A stretch of DNA of 64,000 bases. It comes from Bacteroidales bacterium. Its GTDB lineage: Bacteria; Bacteroidota; Bacteroidia; Bacteroidales; WCHB1-69. How positions within the stretch are numbered: position 1 is the stretch's first letter; each line of letters starts with the position of its first letter. The translations under genes were made by a program, and so were the position numbers. Positions 47,576-61,990 of the stretch are shown one piece after another. The notes beneath the pieces were generated by a model. It was not told the DNA's origin. It made no database searches and saw only the letters and a list, made by a program, of their open reading frames with translations. Where the stretch lies: contig JAZLHE010000056.1 of the NCBI GenBank assembly GCA_045616665.1, positions 691 to 64,690 on the forward strand, read 5' to 3'.

Positions 47576-48839
47576 AATAGTACAAAATTGCGTCTTCGAG
47601 AGCATCCAGACAAACCGGACAATAATGATTATAGACAATCTGGTGCATCGTACAATGCATAGACGGACGGAAAACGCCTTCCGCCACATAGCCGCCACCT
47701 TCAAAAACGCCTAATTTTTCCTTATATTCCTCTATTGCGGGAGTAGGAATCGGCATACCCGGTTCAATCATATATTTCCATTTGGCATCAAAATCCACCA
47801 AAGTCGTTAAATTGGGCTCGATAGGTTCTACATCTTCGGGATAAAAATCGCGAGTGGAAACTTCAGACTGATAATATTCATCGCCCAAACCACCAATCAA
47901 ATGGCCCATTTCGTGTACGATGACATAATCTGAATGTTCGCCTTCATTATTCACCGTACAATAATAATTATAGATGCCGCCACCGCCATATTTCTTGCTG
48001 TTGCAAATCAAAATAATGAAATCGTATGGAGCGTCATCAGCGATAGCGTGCATTTTCCACACGTTCAGACACATCAGATAGCGGTCGAGGTCAATGACAT
48101 TGTAACTGCAATTTAAAAGTGTTTTCTTGAAAATCTTAGCATTGGGATCCGTAATGCCGGACTCCTCCGAATAACCTTCAATAGCCCTGATATTCACGTG
48201 GTCGGCCATTTCCTTGTAGGGAGAGCACTCCATAATGTGTTTCGTGAAGCGCTTGAAATCCGCCATCATCTCCTTCTTGTCGTCCTTGGTATAGCCATCA
48301 GGAATAAACAAAATGTCGATGGCGTCGCGGGAATCGGCGGCAACATGCAAATTCTTGACTTTATACTCCTTCTTCATCGGTTGGCAGGCCGTACTTTGCG
48401 GGTCAAACGAACCCTGGAACAATTCGGTGGGACGATTGTGACGGTCGAAACCCGTAAATTTGTATTTCACCAACATCTTGGGCATAGGGAAACGCACACA
48501 TTCCTCAAAAGCGGCCACTTCCTTTTCGCCGCGCTCCGTAGTACGATACTCATAAAACAGACAGTCGCTGCTACGACTATAAATCAACTTGCCGGATAAC
48601 GCGTCAAAAACCTCGAACATCAGGGTCCCGTGACGCTCAAACTCTACCAAATGGGATACGGTACCCGTCCATTGTTCACCCACATAATAATTCTCGATTT
48701 CAATTTTCTCGCTCTTACTATTTCCAATATGTTTGTAATCAATACGCACGGTCTTGTTTTCAAAATAGTAATCAAAATTCTGAGCAAACAAGCCCATTGT
48801 CATTACAAGAAGGGCCAAAGTAACAAATATTTTACGCAT
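47568..48839 (-). CDS. M64-family (IgA-peptidase-like) zinc metallopeptidase, secreted
   Basis: Zinc motif VHEMGHLIGGLGDEY. I prefer ATG 48839 (MRKIFVTLALLVMTMGLFAQ, a signal peptide), which abuts the stop of the upstream gene. Confidence 0.85.
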   Translation of the reverse strand: MRKIFVTLALLVMTMGLFAQNFDYYFENKTVRIDYKHIGNSKSEKIEIENYYVGEQWTGTVSHLVEFERHGTLMFEVFDALSGKLIYSRSSDCLFYEYRTTERGEKEVAAFEECVRFPMPKMLVKYKFTGFDRHNRPTELFQGSFDPQSTACQPMKKEYKVKNLHVAADSRDAIDILFIPDGYTKDDKKEMMADFKRFTKHIMECSPYKEMADHVNIRAIEGYSEESGITDPNAKIFKKTLLNCSYNVIDLDRYLMCLNVWKMHAIADDAPYDFIILICNSKKYGGGGIYNYYCTVNNEGEHSDYVIVHEMGHLIGGLGDEYYQSEVSTRDFYPEDVEPIEPNLTTLVDFDAKWKYMIEPGMPIPTPAIEEYKEKLGVFEGGGYVAEGVFRPSMHCTMHQIVYNHYCPVCLDALEDAILYYSK

Positions 48840-48840
48840 T

Positions 48841-50688
48841 TTATTGATTTTTAATAAGATAATTAATATTTTCGTCTTTATAATAAACATCATCCCGATA
48901 TTGAATATAATCATTATCTCCTACGAAACAAGTGTAATATTCAATATAGAGAGGCATTGTGTTTTCCAAATGAATAGAAGTGGGACGGGTTTTCCTGTAA
49001 AAATGCTTTTTTTCAGCGGACAGATTTTGATAATATTTTTCCTCCCTTTCCTCTTTATTTTTCAAGAATTCCTCGCCGTCCTCGGTCGTGGGCGCATTGC
49101 CCACGATAATGCCCAACTCTTCGATTCTCTGTTCATCAAATTCATTCATCTCATAAATAATCGCCGCTAAATCGAAAGGATTTTCCACCCTGACACAACC
49201 GTGACTGATGGCGCGTTTACGCCGCTTAAACGCAGACTTATTATTGGTGTCGTGCAAATATACGGATTCCGAATTTGCAAAGTCAAATTTCACTAATCCC
49301 AAAGCATTATATTTTCCCGAAGATTGAATCAAGCGATAAGGAATATTTCTTCGATTGACTTTATGCCAATCGATAGAATCGGGAATTATATTTTTTTTAC
49401 TTTTTGCTTGAATAACATATAGATGTTCCTTATTGATAACGGCGGTATTGCTCTTCAACAACTTCGGATAATATTCATCTTTGAGAATAGAATACGGTAT
49501 ATTCCATTCTGGATTGAGCACAATACGGGTGATTTCGCTGGCCAGGAGCGGCGTTTCGGACTTAAACGGGCGGATGAGCCCGTTTTTATAGCGTTCGTCG
49601 TCTCCTTTCGGATCTTGAGATTTCCCGCAACAGACATTGGTCGTCAAAACCTTTGCGCCCTGACGAAAAACACTGAGCGAAAAATCTGGCAGATTGACAG
49701 CGATATAGTCTTCGCCTTTCTGAGGCAGCACCTTCCATCTGAGACGTTCCATATTGACCGATAGTTTGTCGATATAGTACGAAATCGGGCGATTGAGTTT
49801 CTCAACCGTTTCCACATCCAAATGGGGACTTTCCGGAATGGCATTATTGACTCTGAACAGGTTGACCGCCGCCATTACCGCCTCGGTCAAGGTATCCGTA
49901 TGCTCAAAATCCTGTGGCAGTTCCCCTGTTAATTGAAGACGTTGACATAACAAAAGAATCATTTTGTCCTTCTGATTCAAGGATAAATTTTTGGCTTCCA
50001 AAGGTTCGAAAAGCGAATCTTTAAGCGGATAAAGACGCAACAATTCCTGTCTCAGGCGCAGGTAAGCCGAATCTTGTGACGCCATCGCGGTCAGAGTCGG
50101 GGTCAATGCCGTCCATTGGTGCAGCAATCCGACCACAAATGCCGAATCGGCAGTTTGGATTTGATTAAACCATTTGTCGCCATTTACCAGTTTCGGATCA
50201 GTCGCGCCAAATTGAAGGGCACTGGCATAACGTATATACGAGGTAGTCAACTGTTTTTCAAGATGGAACAACGCAGGATATAAAGTTTCAGCAGAATTAT
50301 GCACCTTATGATTTTTCAGCAGATTGATACAAGAATCAAGTTCTTCATGATAAAAAAAAGATGACGGCAAGCCGTGTGTATAAGAGTCTGATAGAAAAAG
50401 AAACAAGGTGTCGATTTTATGTTCCTGCAATCCGTTTAAGGTCCACAGCGGCTCATAACCGCGCTGCTGATAGAATTGCTTAACGGCATTGCCAAAAAGC
50501 ATAAAGTCGGAAGACAAGGCGTTGATCTCCCGACTGAAATATTGTTGATAATCCTTCTTATTGAACGAAGAGTATTCATCGAACCAATGCGGCACAGGTT
50601 CCACCTCCGTAGTCTTGGTTTTACAAGATAATAAAAGCAAGAGGAAAAGTGCGACGGCAAACTTTTCCCAGAAGGATTTTTTGATCAT
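48841..50688 (-). CDS. L,D-transpeptidase family protein (YcbB-like, with N-terminal scaffold domain)
   Basis: 615 aa. Catalytic block VYLHDTNNKSAF.....ISHGCVRVENP. Confidence 0.85.
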   Translation of the reverse strand: MIKKSFWEKFAVALFLLLLLSCKTKTTEVEPVPHWFDEYSSFNKKDYQQYFSREINALSSDFMLFGNAVKQFYQQRGYEPLWTLNGLQEHKIDTLFLFLSDSYTHGLPSSFFYHEELDSCINLLKNHKVHNSAETLYPALFHLEKQLTTSYIRYASALQFGATDPKLVNGDKWFNQIQTADSAFVVGLLHQWTALTPTLTAMASQDSAYLRLRQELLRLYPLKDSLFEPLEAKNLSLNQKDKMILLLCQRLQLTGELPQDFEHTDTLTEAVMAAVNLFRVNNAIPESPHLDVETVEKLNRPISYYIDKLSVNMERLRWKVLPQKGEDYIAVNLPDFSLSVFRQGAKVLTTNVCCGKSQDPKGDDERYKNGLIRPFKSETPLLASEITRIVLNPEWNIPYSILKDEYYPKLLKSNTAVINKEHLYVIQAKSKKNIIPDSIDWHKVNRRNIPYRLIQSSGKYNALGLVKFDFANSESVYLHDTNNKSAFKRRKRAISHGCVRVENPFDLAAIIYEMNEFDEQRIEELGIIVGNAPTTEDGEEFLKNKEEREEKYYQNLSAEKKHFYRKTRPTSIHLENTMPLYIEYYTCFVGDNDYIQYRDDVYYKDENINYLIKNQ

Positions 50689-51992
50689 TAATGATTTGCT
50701 TTGAATGCTTTTAATCTTTCTTCAAGCGCAGGGAATTGATTTCTGTTGACCAAAGAAACGCAGGCACGGAGACCTTCGGTTCTTTCGCTGCCCGTAATAG
50801 ACAAAGCAATGGCGCTGATACCATAGTACAGAAATTCCTTCAGTAGTTGTTCGCCGCTCATACCGGGGTATGCCAGCGTAAAATAGAAACCGTCAGCCAA
50901 AGGCATGTCGCCATCCTTATCGTAAACAATCACGAAGCCGTTGTCGAGGAACATCTTCTTCATGATAGCGGCTTTTTCAGCATACTCTTTTACATCGTCC
51001 AAATAATTGTAAGTGCCGTTATTGCAAGCTTTCAGGATAGCAGCCAAGGCATATTGAGCTGAATGTGAAGTACCTGAACTGATAGCATAAACGGTTCCAT
51101 AAATGATGGCCCTGCCCAATTTCGGGGTTCCGAAATAAGGAACGAGATCTGGAAATTCGCTGTTATACAATTTGTTGGACAAAATCAGCAAAGCGATACG
51201 TTCACCGGCATAACTAAAGGCCTTGGAACCGGAAATCATCAATGCGTAATTGTCGGTGTATTTGCCAACGGAAGGCTGGAACACACCGGGTTTGGAAATA
51301 TCGCGACGGAAATCCATACCGAAATAGGCAAGGTCCTCGAAAACGAAAACGTCATACTTGTTGGCCATTTCGCCGATAATCTGCAATTCCTCTTCCGTCA
51401 AGCAAACCCAAGAAGGATTATTAGGATTGGAATACATAATAGAATGGATATTTCCGTTTTTGAGATAGCTTTCGAGTTTGTCTCTCAACTTGGCACCACG
51501 ATAATTATAGACATCAAAGGTTTCATATTTGAATCCCATCACGCGGTGCTGCTGTTTTTGCACTGGGAAACCGGGATCGATGAACAACGTGGTGTCGCGT
51601 TCCTTGCGGGCACGAACAAAGGTCATAAAGCCGGCCATACCGCCCATCATCGAACCGACTGTGGGAATACAGCAGGCAGGATCCACATCCAGATCAATAA
51701 AGTTCTTCACGAACTTGGCAGCTTCCTCTTTCAATTCTACCGTACCATCGATATCGGGATAAATAGCGGCCACGCCGTCCTGCAAGGCCTTGATTTGGGC
51801 ATCAACACCAATTTGGCAAGCAGGAAGACCCGGAATGCCCATTTCCATTCTCACGAATTTCTCGCCACTGGCGCTCTCGATATCGTTAATCAAACGTTTA
51901 ATTTCACGAATAGAGGCTTTACCGACTTCATTAATGCCACTACCGGCCACAATTTTGTCAACAATTTCTGCTGGGATGGGAGTATTTTTCAT
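50688..51992 (-). CDS. PLP-dependent aminotransferase (class I/II)
   Basis: 434 aa. The PLP-lysine region is MISGSKAFSYAGERI. Its stop overlaps the L,D-transpeptidase start (TAATG). Confidence 0.8.
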   Translation of the reverse strand: MKNTPIPAEIVDKIVAGSGINEVGKASIREIKRLINDIESASGEKFVRMEMGIPGLPACQIGVDAQIKALQDGVAAIYPDIDGTVELKEEAAKFVKNFIDLDVDPACCIPTVGSMMGGMAGFMTFVRARKERDTTLFIDPGFPVQKQQHRVMGFKYETFDVYNYRGAKLRDKLESYLKNGNIHSIMYSNPNNPSWVCLTEEELQIIGEMANKYDVFVFEDLAYFGMDFRRDISKPGVFQPSVGKYTDNYALMISGSKAFSYAGERIALLILSNKLYNSEFPDLVPYFGTPKLGRAIIYGTVYAISSGTSHSAQYALAAILKACNNGTYNYLDDVKEYAEKAAIMKKMFLDNGFVIVYDKDGDMPLADGFYFTLAYPGMSGEQLLKEFLYYGISAIALSITGSERTEGLRACVSLVNRNQFPALEERLKAFKANH

Positions 51993-52184
51993 TATGCAAG
52001 TTTTTATGAATAATAATATTAAGGTCTCAACAAATTTGGAGCAAAGATACTAAATTTTTTGATTAGTTCAACAAATTAAAAATGATTACTTGATTTATAT
52101 CATCAATAGAAAAAAACAAGCATAGTCTCAGTTGTTTTGAACCAAGAAACATCATTTTTCTAAGGGAAAGAATATCTAATTGGC

Positions 52185-53867
52185 CTATTGACGGCGCAGG
52201 ATTGTTTTGCCCATATTGATCCAGTGGTCGGCGATACGTTCTGCATTGGAAGAAAGTGACAGGTATTCGGCACCTACCGTCGGGGTACAAATCCCGTTTG
52301 CCATTCTTTCAATATGATTTTCTTCCATCTGCTTGGTATAATCATCAATTTGATCTTCAATTACGTCACCTTCATTGAAGGCCTCCACGTCGTCTTCGCC
52401 GTATGCCTTCATCATTTTTTCATATAATCTGCTGATCATCAAGCGCAATTCCGAAATTTCCTGTAATGCGACCTCTGAGAAGCGAGCTTGCGAAGCCTGC
52501 AGGGTTTCCGCATATTCCACGATATTCTCGGCATAATCTCCGATACGCTCAATATCTCGAACCGTACGGAACACGGTCGTCAAATACCAGTGGTCATTCG
52601 CGTCAAGCTGTTTCTTTTCGGACAGGCGCACCACGAAATTCACGATTTCCAAATTAAGGAAATTCAATTCATTTTCCACCTTTCTAAACTTATCCACTTC
52701 TTCGAAATTCATACTGCTGATAATGGTAAAGGCACGATTTACATTTTCGTTGGCCAACAATGCCATATTAACCACTTCGTTTTTCGTTTGCTGCACAGCC
52801 ACGACTGGCGTCTTCAGCATATTTTTATCGATAAAATATAGATGAGGAGCATCCGGATCCTGTGCCGGCTCATAGTCAGGAATAAGTCGGCAAACAGTCT
52901 TCACCATCAAAGATGTCAATGGCAAGACAATGAGCACGGTTATCACATTGAAGATGGTATGGAACATTGCCAACTGTGTTTGTGGCGCTCCCGGAAACAT
53001 TTTTTCAAACAAAGTGCCAAAAGTAACATCTTCGTGTGTAAATACGCTAAGCAGAGCTGCCACAACCATAAATATCACCACCCCGCTACAATTGAAAATC
53101 AAATGGATCAAAGCGGTACGCTTGGCATTCATTCCGCTGGTGAGGCCTGCGATGATAGCCACCACACAAGAACCGATATTGGAACCCATCGTCAAGAAGA
53201 TACCTTGGTCAAGGGAAATCAGGTGAGTATAAACCATCGCAATCGCGATAGAAGTCATTACGGATGAACTTTGAATAATCGCCGTCAACAAAGTACCGAT
53301 AAGGACCAGCAACAGCGGATTGTTGATTTTTGCCAAGAACAATTTGACGGAATCCAAGGCGGCAAATTCCGACATTGAATCACTCATCAATGTCAAACCG
53401 ACAAAAAGCATACCAAAACCGGTAATGATTCCGCCCAACTTTTTCAGCATTTCCTTTTTGGCAAAGAGCATCATAAAGGCGCCGATACCGGCAAACGCGG
53501 AGAAAATAACGGAAGTAGATAAGGTATTGGCGCCAAACATACCCAACGCTACAATTTGAGCGGTAATGGTAGTTCCAATATTTGCGCCGTAAATCATCGT
53601 GGCTGCCTGCGCTAGTGAAATAATGCCCGCATTGACAAATCCGATGACCATTACGGTAGTCGCACCCGAACTTTGAATGGCTGCCGTGGTAACCGTGCCG
53701 ATTCCAACCCCCAACCACTTGTTGTTGGAAACCTTGGAAAATAGAGTACGTAATTTTTGAGAACTTGCTGATTCAAGGTTGGTACTCATCATCTGACACG
53801 CCACCAAAAAGATACCAATCCCCGCGGTTAACATCAAAATTGCAGATAAAATTGCCGTAATAGACAT
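52185..53867 (-). CDS. Na/Pi cotransporter family protein with C-terminal PhoU-like domains
   Basis: Polytopic N-terminal half with duplicated Na/Pi motifs. C-terminal ERIGDYAENIVEYA and ERIADHWINMG. I prefer ATG 53867 (MSITAIL..) over the upstream TTG. Confidence 0.85.
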   Translation of the reverse strand: MSITAILSAILMLTAGIGIFLVACQMMSTNLESASSQKLRTLFSKVSNNKWLGVGIGTVTTAAIQSSGATTVMVIGFVNAGIISLAQAATMIYGANIGTTITAQIVALGMFGANTLSTSVIFSAFAGIGAFMMLFAKKEMLKKLGGIITGFGMLFVGLTLMSDSMSEFAALDSVKLFLAKINNPLLLVLIGTLLTAIIQSSSVMTSIAIAMVYTHLISLDQGIFLTMGSNIGSCVVAIIAGLTSGMNAKRTALIHLIFNCSGVVIFMVVAALLSVFTHEDVTFGTLFEKMFPGAPQTQLAMFHTIFNVITVLIVLPLTSLMVKTVCRLIPDYEPAQDPDAPHLYFIDKNMLKTPVVAVQQTKNEVVNMALLANENVNRAFTIISSMNFEEVDKFRKVENELNFLNLEIVNFVVRLSEKKQLDANDHWYLTTVFRTVRDIERIGDYAENIVEYAETLQASQARFSEVALQEISELRLMISRLYEKMMKAYGEDDVEAFNEGDVIEDQIDDYTKQMEENHIERMANGICTPTVGAEYLSLSSNAERIADHWINMGKTILRRQ

Positions 53868-54039
53868 AATTTCAAAAAAATTTTCACCAATATAATTATT
53901 TTGCAAAAATACACAAATTTTTGAATGAGTCTCAAAAACTTTTGAAATTGCCTTCTTACGTCTAACAAAGAGATTCCGACTTCGCTGAAATGTCGATGTC
54001 TCTACTTGGTTCTAACAACCGCTACGGCCGGCGAGAACA

Positions 54040-54756
54040 TTAAAATCGTTTCAACTTTTCCCTGTCTATGGGGTCGATGGTGAAAACATCGTCGCTGACG
54101 TGGATGACGATGACTCCCTTCTCGCGGGCATAAGCTTCCGCCTCCTTCGTGTAATTCAGCGCCGCAATGGCAACATAGACATCCAAGTCCGCAAAACGCG
54201 GGTACAGCAGCTTGAAGTTGCGCATCTGCTTCAGGAAGTGGTTGATCTTGGCCTTGGTGCAGTTCGTCTTCACCTCCACCGCGATGGCCTCCGTCGTGTC
54301 CGCGTAAAGAAGGTCTATCTCCATATTGAGTCCGAGTTCGCTGTTCGAACCGGTCATCTCCTTGAAGCTCTGCTCCACCCTGAAACCCGCCTTCTGCAAC
54401 GCACGCAATGCCGAACGCTTCGTCAACCCTTCCAGGATGTGGCCCGTCTGCGAGATGAACTGGTCGTTCAGGTTTCTGAACTTCTTGTCGGTTTCTTGAA
54501 ACAGGCGTTTCGTCTCCCGCATCTGCCTGTCGGTCTCTATTCTTGATGCTTCTATACGCTTATCTGTCTCTATTCTCGACGCCTCTATACGTCGGTCGGT
54601 CTCTATTCTTGACGCTTCTATGCGTTTATCGGTCTCTTGAAACATCCGTTTCGTTTCTTGCATCTGAGACGAGATGGCCGAAATGTATTCCTTCAGTTCT
54701 GCCCATGACAACTGGTGTGGGTCTTGATTCAATATTGGATTTACTGCAGGTTTCAT
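54040..54756 (-). CDS. Coiled-coil repeat protein with C-terminal PD-(D/E)XK-like nuclease fold
   Basis: 238 aa. The N-terminal half has repeats (D[KR]RIEASRIET x3 flanked by M(Q/R)ETKR(M/L)FQETDK). The C-terminus EIDLLYADTTEAIAVEVKT...A...YA.EKG has a D...E.K arrangement. It is visibly more G+C-rich than its neighbours. Confidence 0.6.
   Translation of the reverse strand: MKPAVNPILNQDPHQLSWAELKEYISAISSQMQETKRMFQETDKRIEASRIETDRRIEASRIETDKRIEASRIETDRQMRETKRLFQETDKKFRNLNDQFISQTGHILEGLTKRSALRALQKAGFRVEQSFKEMTGSNSELGLNMEIDLLYADTTEAIAVEVKTNCTKAKINHFLKQMRNFKLLYPRFADLDVYVAIAALNYTKEAEAYAREKGVIVIHVSDDVFTIDPIDREKLKRF
54534..54632. repeat. 3 x 33-bp in-frame tandem repeat inside the 54040-54756 CDS
   Basis: The units start at 54534, 54567 and 54600 (tctctattct[tc]ga[tc]gc[tc]tctat[ag]cg...). 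They are flanked by a further pair of related ~34-bp segments at 54491-54525 and 54633-54666. Confidence 0.85.
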
Positions 54757-54957
54757 TGTTCAATTTAGTATTATGTTAGTCAACGTTTGTAATCGGATGC
54801 AAAGATAGCATAATTTTTTATCAATCCGCATATTCATTAAAAAAATTATCCCTGTCAACATCAATATGTTACAAAATTATAATTTATATATTAGCAATTA
54901 ATAGTTAAATTATAGATTTAAAATGGGAGTTTTGGCGGTTGATAGTGCGTTTTGCGG

Positions 54958-55061
54958 CAACCACCCCGGCCTACGGCCACCCATGAGACCTACGGTCGCC
55001 AGCCTATTCCGTGCGGAAACAACCACCCCGGCCTACGGCCACCCCTCCTTAAAAGGAGGGG
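54958..55061. repeat. 25-bp perfect direct repeat pair plus CCCCTCC/GGAGGGG hairpin
   Basis: caaccaccccggcctacggccaccc occurs at 54958-54982 and 55020-55044. The hairpin arms are at 55042-48 and 55055-61. Confidence 0.8.
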
Positions 55062-55391
55062 AATTATACGGCATCTTCGCTTCCTTCTCGACGTTACATT
55101 CTCACAGATGCCGATTATTGTTTTTTATACAAAACAATTTTCTACACATTTTGTTTATTATAAAAAACACTTTTTTTATGAAAGAGAATGATTTTTTGGG
55201 AGAATCACCACTTTTAGTTTTGTAAATAGATTCCGTCTTTGCTGTTCGCCGCCGCCCATCTGGTTTTTCCCTACCGGCAAGCCCCGCCATTCGGCAAGCG
55301 ACCGGAGGGAGCACAGCGGAACCTCATTCCACATCGTTCATTGACCTGGATGTGGCATCTCTCCGAGATGCCTGGGACCTACTCCTCATCC

Positions 55392-55480
55392 CGCCCCAGA
55401 TTACGCTGGCGCTTACGTCACGCCCCAGATTACGCTGGCGCTTACGTCACGCCCCAGATTACGCTGGCGCTAATCTGGGG
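55392..55480. repeat. 29-bp tandem repeat (about 3 units) ending in a 10-bp perfect hairpin
   Basis: The units cgccccagattacgctggcgcttacgtca start at 55392, 55421 and 55450 with no spacers. The last unit forms ccccagatta (55452-61) / taatctgggg (55471-80). Confidence 0.85.
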
Positions 55481-55725
55481 TTATGGAGATACGACCTCTT
55501 CGAGGTCTGTTGTGTACCTCAGACTCCTTTTTATATTTCAACCCATTGGTTTACGGCATTTTGGCTTCCCTCACGTCTAACCCCTCTACCCTAAACCCTA
55601 TACCCTACTTCGGCACCAAGTGAAGTAAAGCGGATAGCACGACGGCACAGCAAGGTGTCGGACCGCCCTAAAAACAAAAAAACACGGATTATTTACTCCC
55701 GACAAATTCGTCATTTCTATTTTTA

Positions 55726-55733
55726 TTATTTTT
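55726..55733 (+). promoter_or_regulatory. -7 promoter box for the GH2 gene
   Basis: tatttttg lies 27 nt upstream of ATG 55760. Confidence 0.5.
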
Positions 55734-55741
55734 GCAGCTAA

Positions 55742-59524
<3,783 letters not shown>

Positions 59525-59530
59525 TTAAAT

Positions 59531-60961
59531 ATGAAAAAAAACAGCTCTATATTCATCGTTTTTCTGATTCTTCTGACTTCATTTTCAGCCAAATCACAAG
59601 AAATTGACAGCGTCACGGCGAAAAATGTGGCAAAAAATTTCTATCGAACACTCCCAAAAGCAACCACACGCGGTTTTCAAGCCTCTATTGCCTATCAATC
59701 TGAAATCATAAGTTCACAAAAAGGCAGCAGCGTTGGATTTTACATCATCAATTTGGGTGACGAAGGTTTTGTCATCGTCAGTGGGGACCAAAAAGTGCAA
59801 CCCATTTTAGGATTTTCCACGGAAGGAGCATTTCATTCAGAGAACATACCCGAGAATCTGCATTTTTTACTACGGGAATACGACAAAGAAATTCAAGCCA
59901 TCATAGAAAGTCCAGCAACCGACTCACATTGTTTTGACCAAAAATGGGCATCATTAACGCAGTCCAGGTCAAAAATTAGGGCAACAGGCACCGTGGTTGT
60001 CGGGCCATTGGTAACATCAAAATGGACACAGGGAAAATATTACAACAACCATTGTCCCGTAGATGCCAGTGCGCCAGCAGCGGCGGGAGGCCACGCATTG
60101 GTAGGTTGCGGTGCCATTGTGATGGGGCAGGTCATGCGCTATTGGCACTATCCTATCACGGGTAGCGGCACCCATTCGTACAACAGCGGCAGTTACGGCA
60201 CCCTTTCCGCCGATTTCGGCAACACCATCTACGACTATGACAATATGCCTGTACGACTCTTGAATTCCTCAACTAATGAGCAAGTCGAGGCAGTTTCAAC
60301 TTTGCTGTATCACTGTGGTGTGGCCGTGAATATGAATTACGGACCTTCGGCCAGCTGGTCCAATTCCAACAACATCGTGGCGGCCATGTCCAACTATTTC
60401 AGCTATCCCGCCACGATTGAATACATTGAGCGAAGTTCTACCAATGCCACCACCTGGCTTGAACTTATCAAGGGTGAATTGGACGATTTTGCCCCCTTCT
60501 TTTATGGCGGAACGGGCAGTCAAGGCGGCCACGTCTTTGTATGTGACGGCTACCGTGACGACAACTTCGTGCACATCAACTGGGGCCTGGGCTCCTACGA
60601 CGGCTATTTTGCCGTTACCGCACTCAATCCCGGACCATACAATTTCAGTTCTTCACAAGCCATCATCATTGGCATTCGCGGACCGGAACCGCCGGTCAGT
60701 ATTACCGACAACAAGACTGGCAACATCACCATTTATCCCAATCCCACATCTGACCTTCTGCGTATTGAAACCACGGGAAAACTCAATGGCGCCAATCTTT
60801 CCCTTTACGACATCAACGGCCGACTTCTGCTTTCAGACAAAATCAATATGGATGGGCAAAATTCTTATTCCATTCACTTGAAACATCTATCAAAAGGAAT
60901 GTATTTTTTATCAATTGATAATGAAAACAATCATTTTTGGGAAAAAGTAATCGTAGAATAA
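59531..60961 (+). CDS. C10-family (streptopain-like) cysteine peptidase with T9SS C-terminal sorting domain
   Basis: Signal peptide and an N-terminal inhibitor-like propeptide. Catalytic Cys context GCGAIVMGQVMRYW and catalytic His context GGHVFVCDGY. The C-terminus ITIYPNPTSDLLRIE...GMYFLSI matches the T9SS sorting domain. Confidence 0.85.
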   Translation: MKKNSSIFIVFLILLTSFSAKSQEIDSVTAKNVAKNFYRTLPKATTRGFQASIAYQSEIISSQKGSSVGFYIINLGDEGFVIVSGDQKVQPILGFSTEGAFHSENIPENLHFLLREYDKEIQAIIESPATDSHCFDQKWASLTQSRSKIRATGTVVVGPLVTSKWTQGKYYNNHCPVDASAPAAAGGHALVGCGAIVMGQVMRYWHYPITGSGTHSYNSGSYGTLSADFGNTIYDYDNMPVRLLNSSTNEQVEAVSTLLYHCGVAVNMNYGPSASWSNSNNIVAAMSNYFSYPATIEYIERSSTNATTWLELIKGELDDFAPFFYGGTGSQGGHVFVCDGYRDDNFVHINWGLGSYDGYFAVTALNPGPYNFSSSQAIIIGIRGPEPPVSITDNKTGNITIYPNPTSDLLRIETTGKLNGANLSLYDINGRLLLSDKINMDGQNSYSIHLKHLSKGMYFLSIDNENNHFWEKVIVE

Positions 60962-61062
60962 ATAAATTTCAGTTCCTTTGTATTTGGTAGTCGAATGGGC
61001 TAACTCAACATTTGTACCGCTAAAATAATCACAAAAAAACTCGGTTTCCCAAGACAATGCCC

Positions 61063-61839
61063 TTATTTTACAGATATGATAATCGGGTTTTCAGGATCTG
61101 ACGGGTTGTGTAAGGTAACGTATTCGCTATTTTCTTCCAGAATGGCTTGCCTCATTATCAATAGGTTGCGACCCACCTGCACACAATCTTCCCCTATCAG
61201 TTCCTTTATTTCCTTCAAGGTCGTTAGGGTCGTGTATTCGCCATCTCGGGTGAAATAATGCGTGTAGTTCCTGTCTTGTCTGCAATAGAGCAATTGGGGT
61301 ATTTCTATAAAACAGTCTTCCTTCTGATTGTCCTTTACTCTAAGCAGATGTAGCTGGTTCGCAGAGGCCGCTTTCATATTCTTTTCCTCACTAACCGCCT
61401 TTTCATATAGTCCGAAAAGTATGTAGATGGCCAGTGTCGCGATGTTCCTCATAAAGATGGCCGCAATGTCTTGTACAAACAGTCCCGTTTGAAAGGGAAC
61501 TGGAACTTTTGCATAAAAGTATTTGTCCAGGTACGGCTTCAGAAAGCCGACTTCACAACAACTCCACACGAGGGCGGTGACGATAGCCATAACGACATAC
61601 TGGGTATATTTTCTCTGTAATAGGAACTTTGGTATAAGAAAACAATAGTGCAGGTAAAGAAACAACAGCACAAACGCCGCACACGCATACTCCAGATAGG
61701 CCGGGTGAGGTATTAGCGGACGCATCACCGACATGTGGGTGAACACGTAGGCAAAGCCCACGCAAAAAATCAAATGAAAAGCCCAATTTCTTCCGAAACG
61801 ATGTGAAAACAGGGTGCTTTTCGTCCAGTTTTCGTCCAT
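61063..61839 (-). CDS. Membrane-associated LytTR-domain DNA-binding protein
   Basis: Four to five hydrophobic helices, then a LytTR-like C-terminus (FIEIPQLLYCRQDRNYTHYFTRDGEYTTLTTLKEIKELIG). I prefer ATG 61839 because a minus-strand tacatttg box (61868-61875) lies inside the longer track ORF. Confidence 0.75.
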   Translation of the reverse strand: MDENWTKSTLFSHRFGRNWAFHLIFCVGFAYVFTHMSVMRPLIPHPAYLEYACAAFVLLFLYLHYCFLIPKFLLQRKYTQYVVMAIVTALVWSCCEVGFLKPYLDKYFYAKVPVPFQTGLFVQDIAAIFMRNIATLAIYILFGLYEKAVSEEKNMKAASANQLHLLRVKDNQKEDCFIEIPQLLYCRQDRNYTHYFTRDGEYTTLTTLKEIKELIGEDCVQVGRNLLIMRQAILEENSEYVTLHNPSDPENPIIISVK

Positions 61840-61990
61840 AATCCGTTTATAATCATTTTTTTCAAGGCAAATGTATGAAAAAAAACAAGGTGAAACGACA
61901 AAAATTTTCGGTCTCGTAAAACATTGACACATTGTTCGTTAGGACGAAAACTGGACGAAAAGTTGACGAAAACTGGACGAACTTTGACGA
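61817..61990. promoter_or_regulatory. 21-bp perfect inverted repeat flanking a 104-bp promoter-bearing segment, plus 11-bp phased T(G/T)GACGAAAA repeats
   Basis: 61817-61837 is the exact reverse complement of 61942-61962 (ggacgaaaactggacgaaaag). The motif recurs at 61942, 61953, 61964, 61975 and 61986 on the plus strand, and twice on the minus strand at 61838-61817. Confidence 0.6.

Noticed and set aside
52466-53718. Multiple 63-141-aa ORFs on both strands
   Set aside because: They lie within or antisense to the Na/Pi-PhoU transporter gene.
55392-55480. Possible CRISPR array
   Set aside because: The 29-bp units are directly adjacent with no spacers. There are only about three units, and no cas genes lie nearby.
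54923-55594. Four 79-113-aa plus-strand ORFs
   Set aside because: They are composed of tandem and dispersed repeats (Pro/Arg/Leu-rich translations) and overlap each other in different frames. The region is treated as non-coding repeats.
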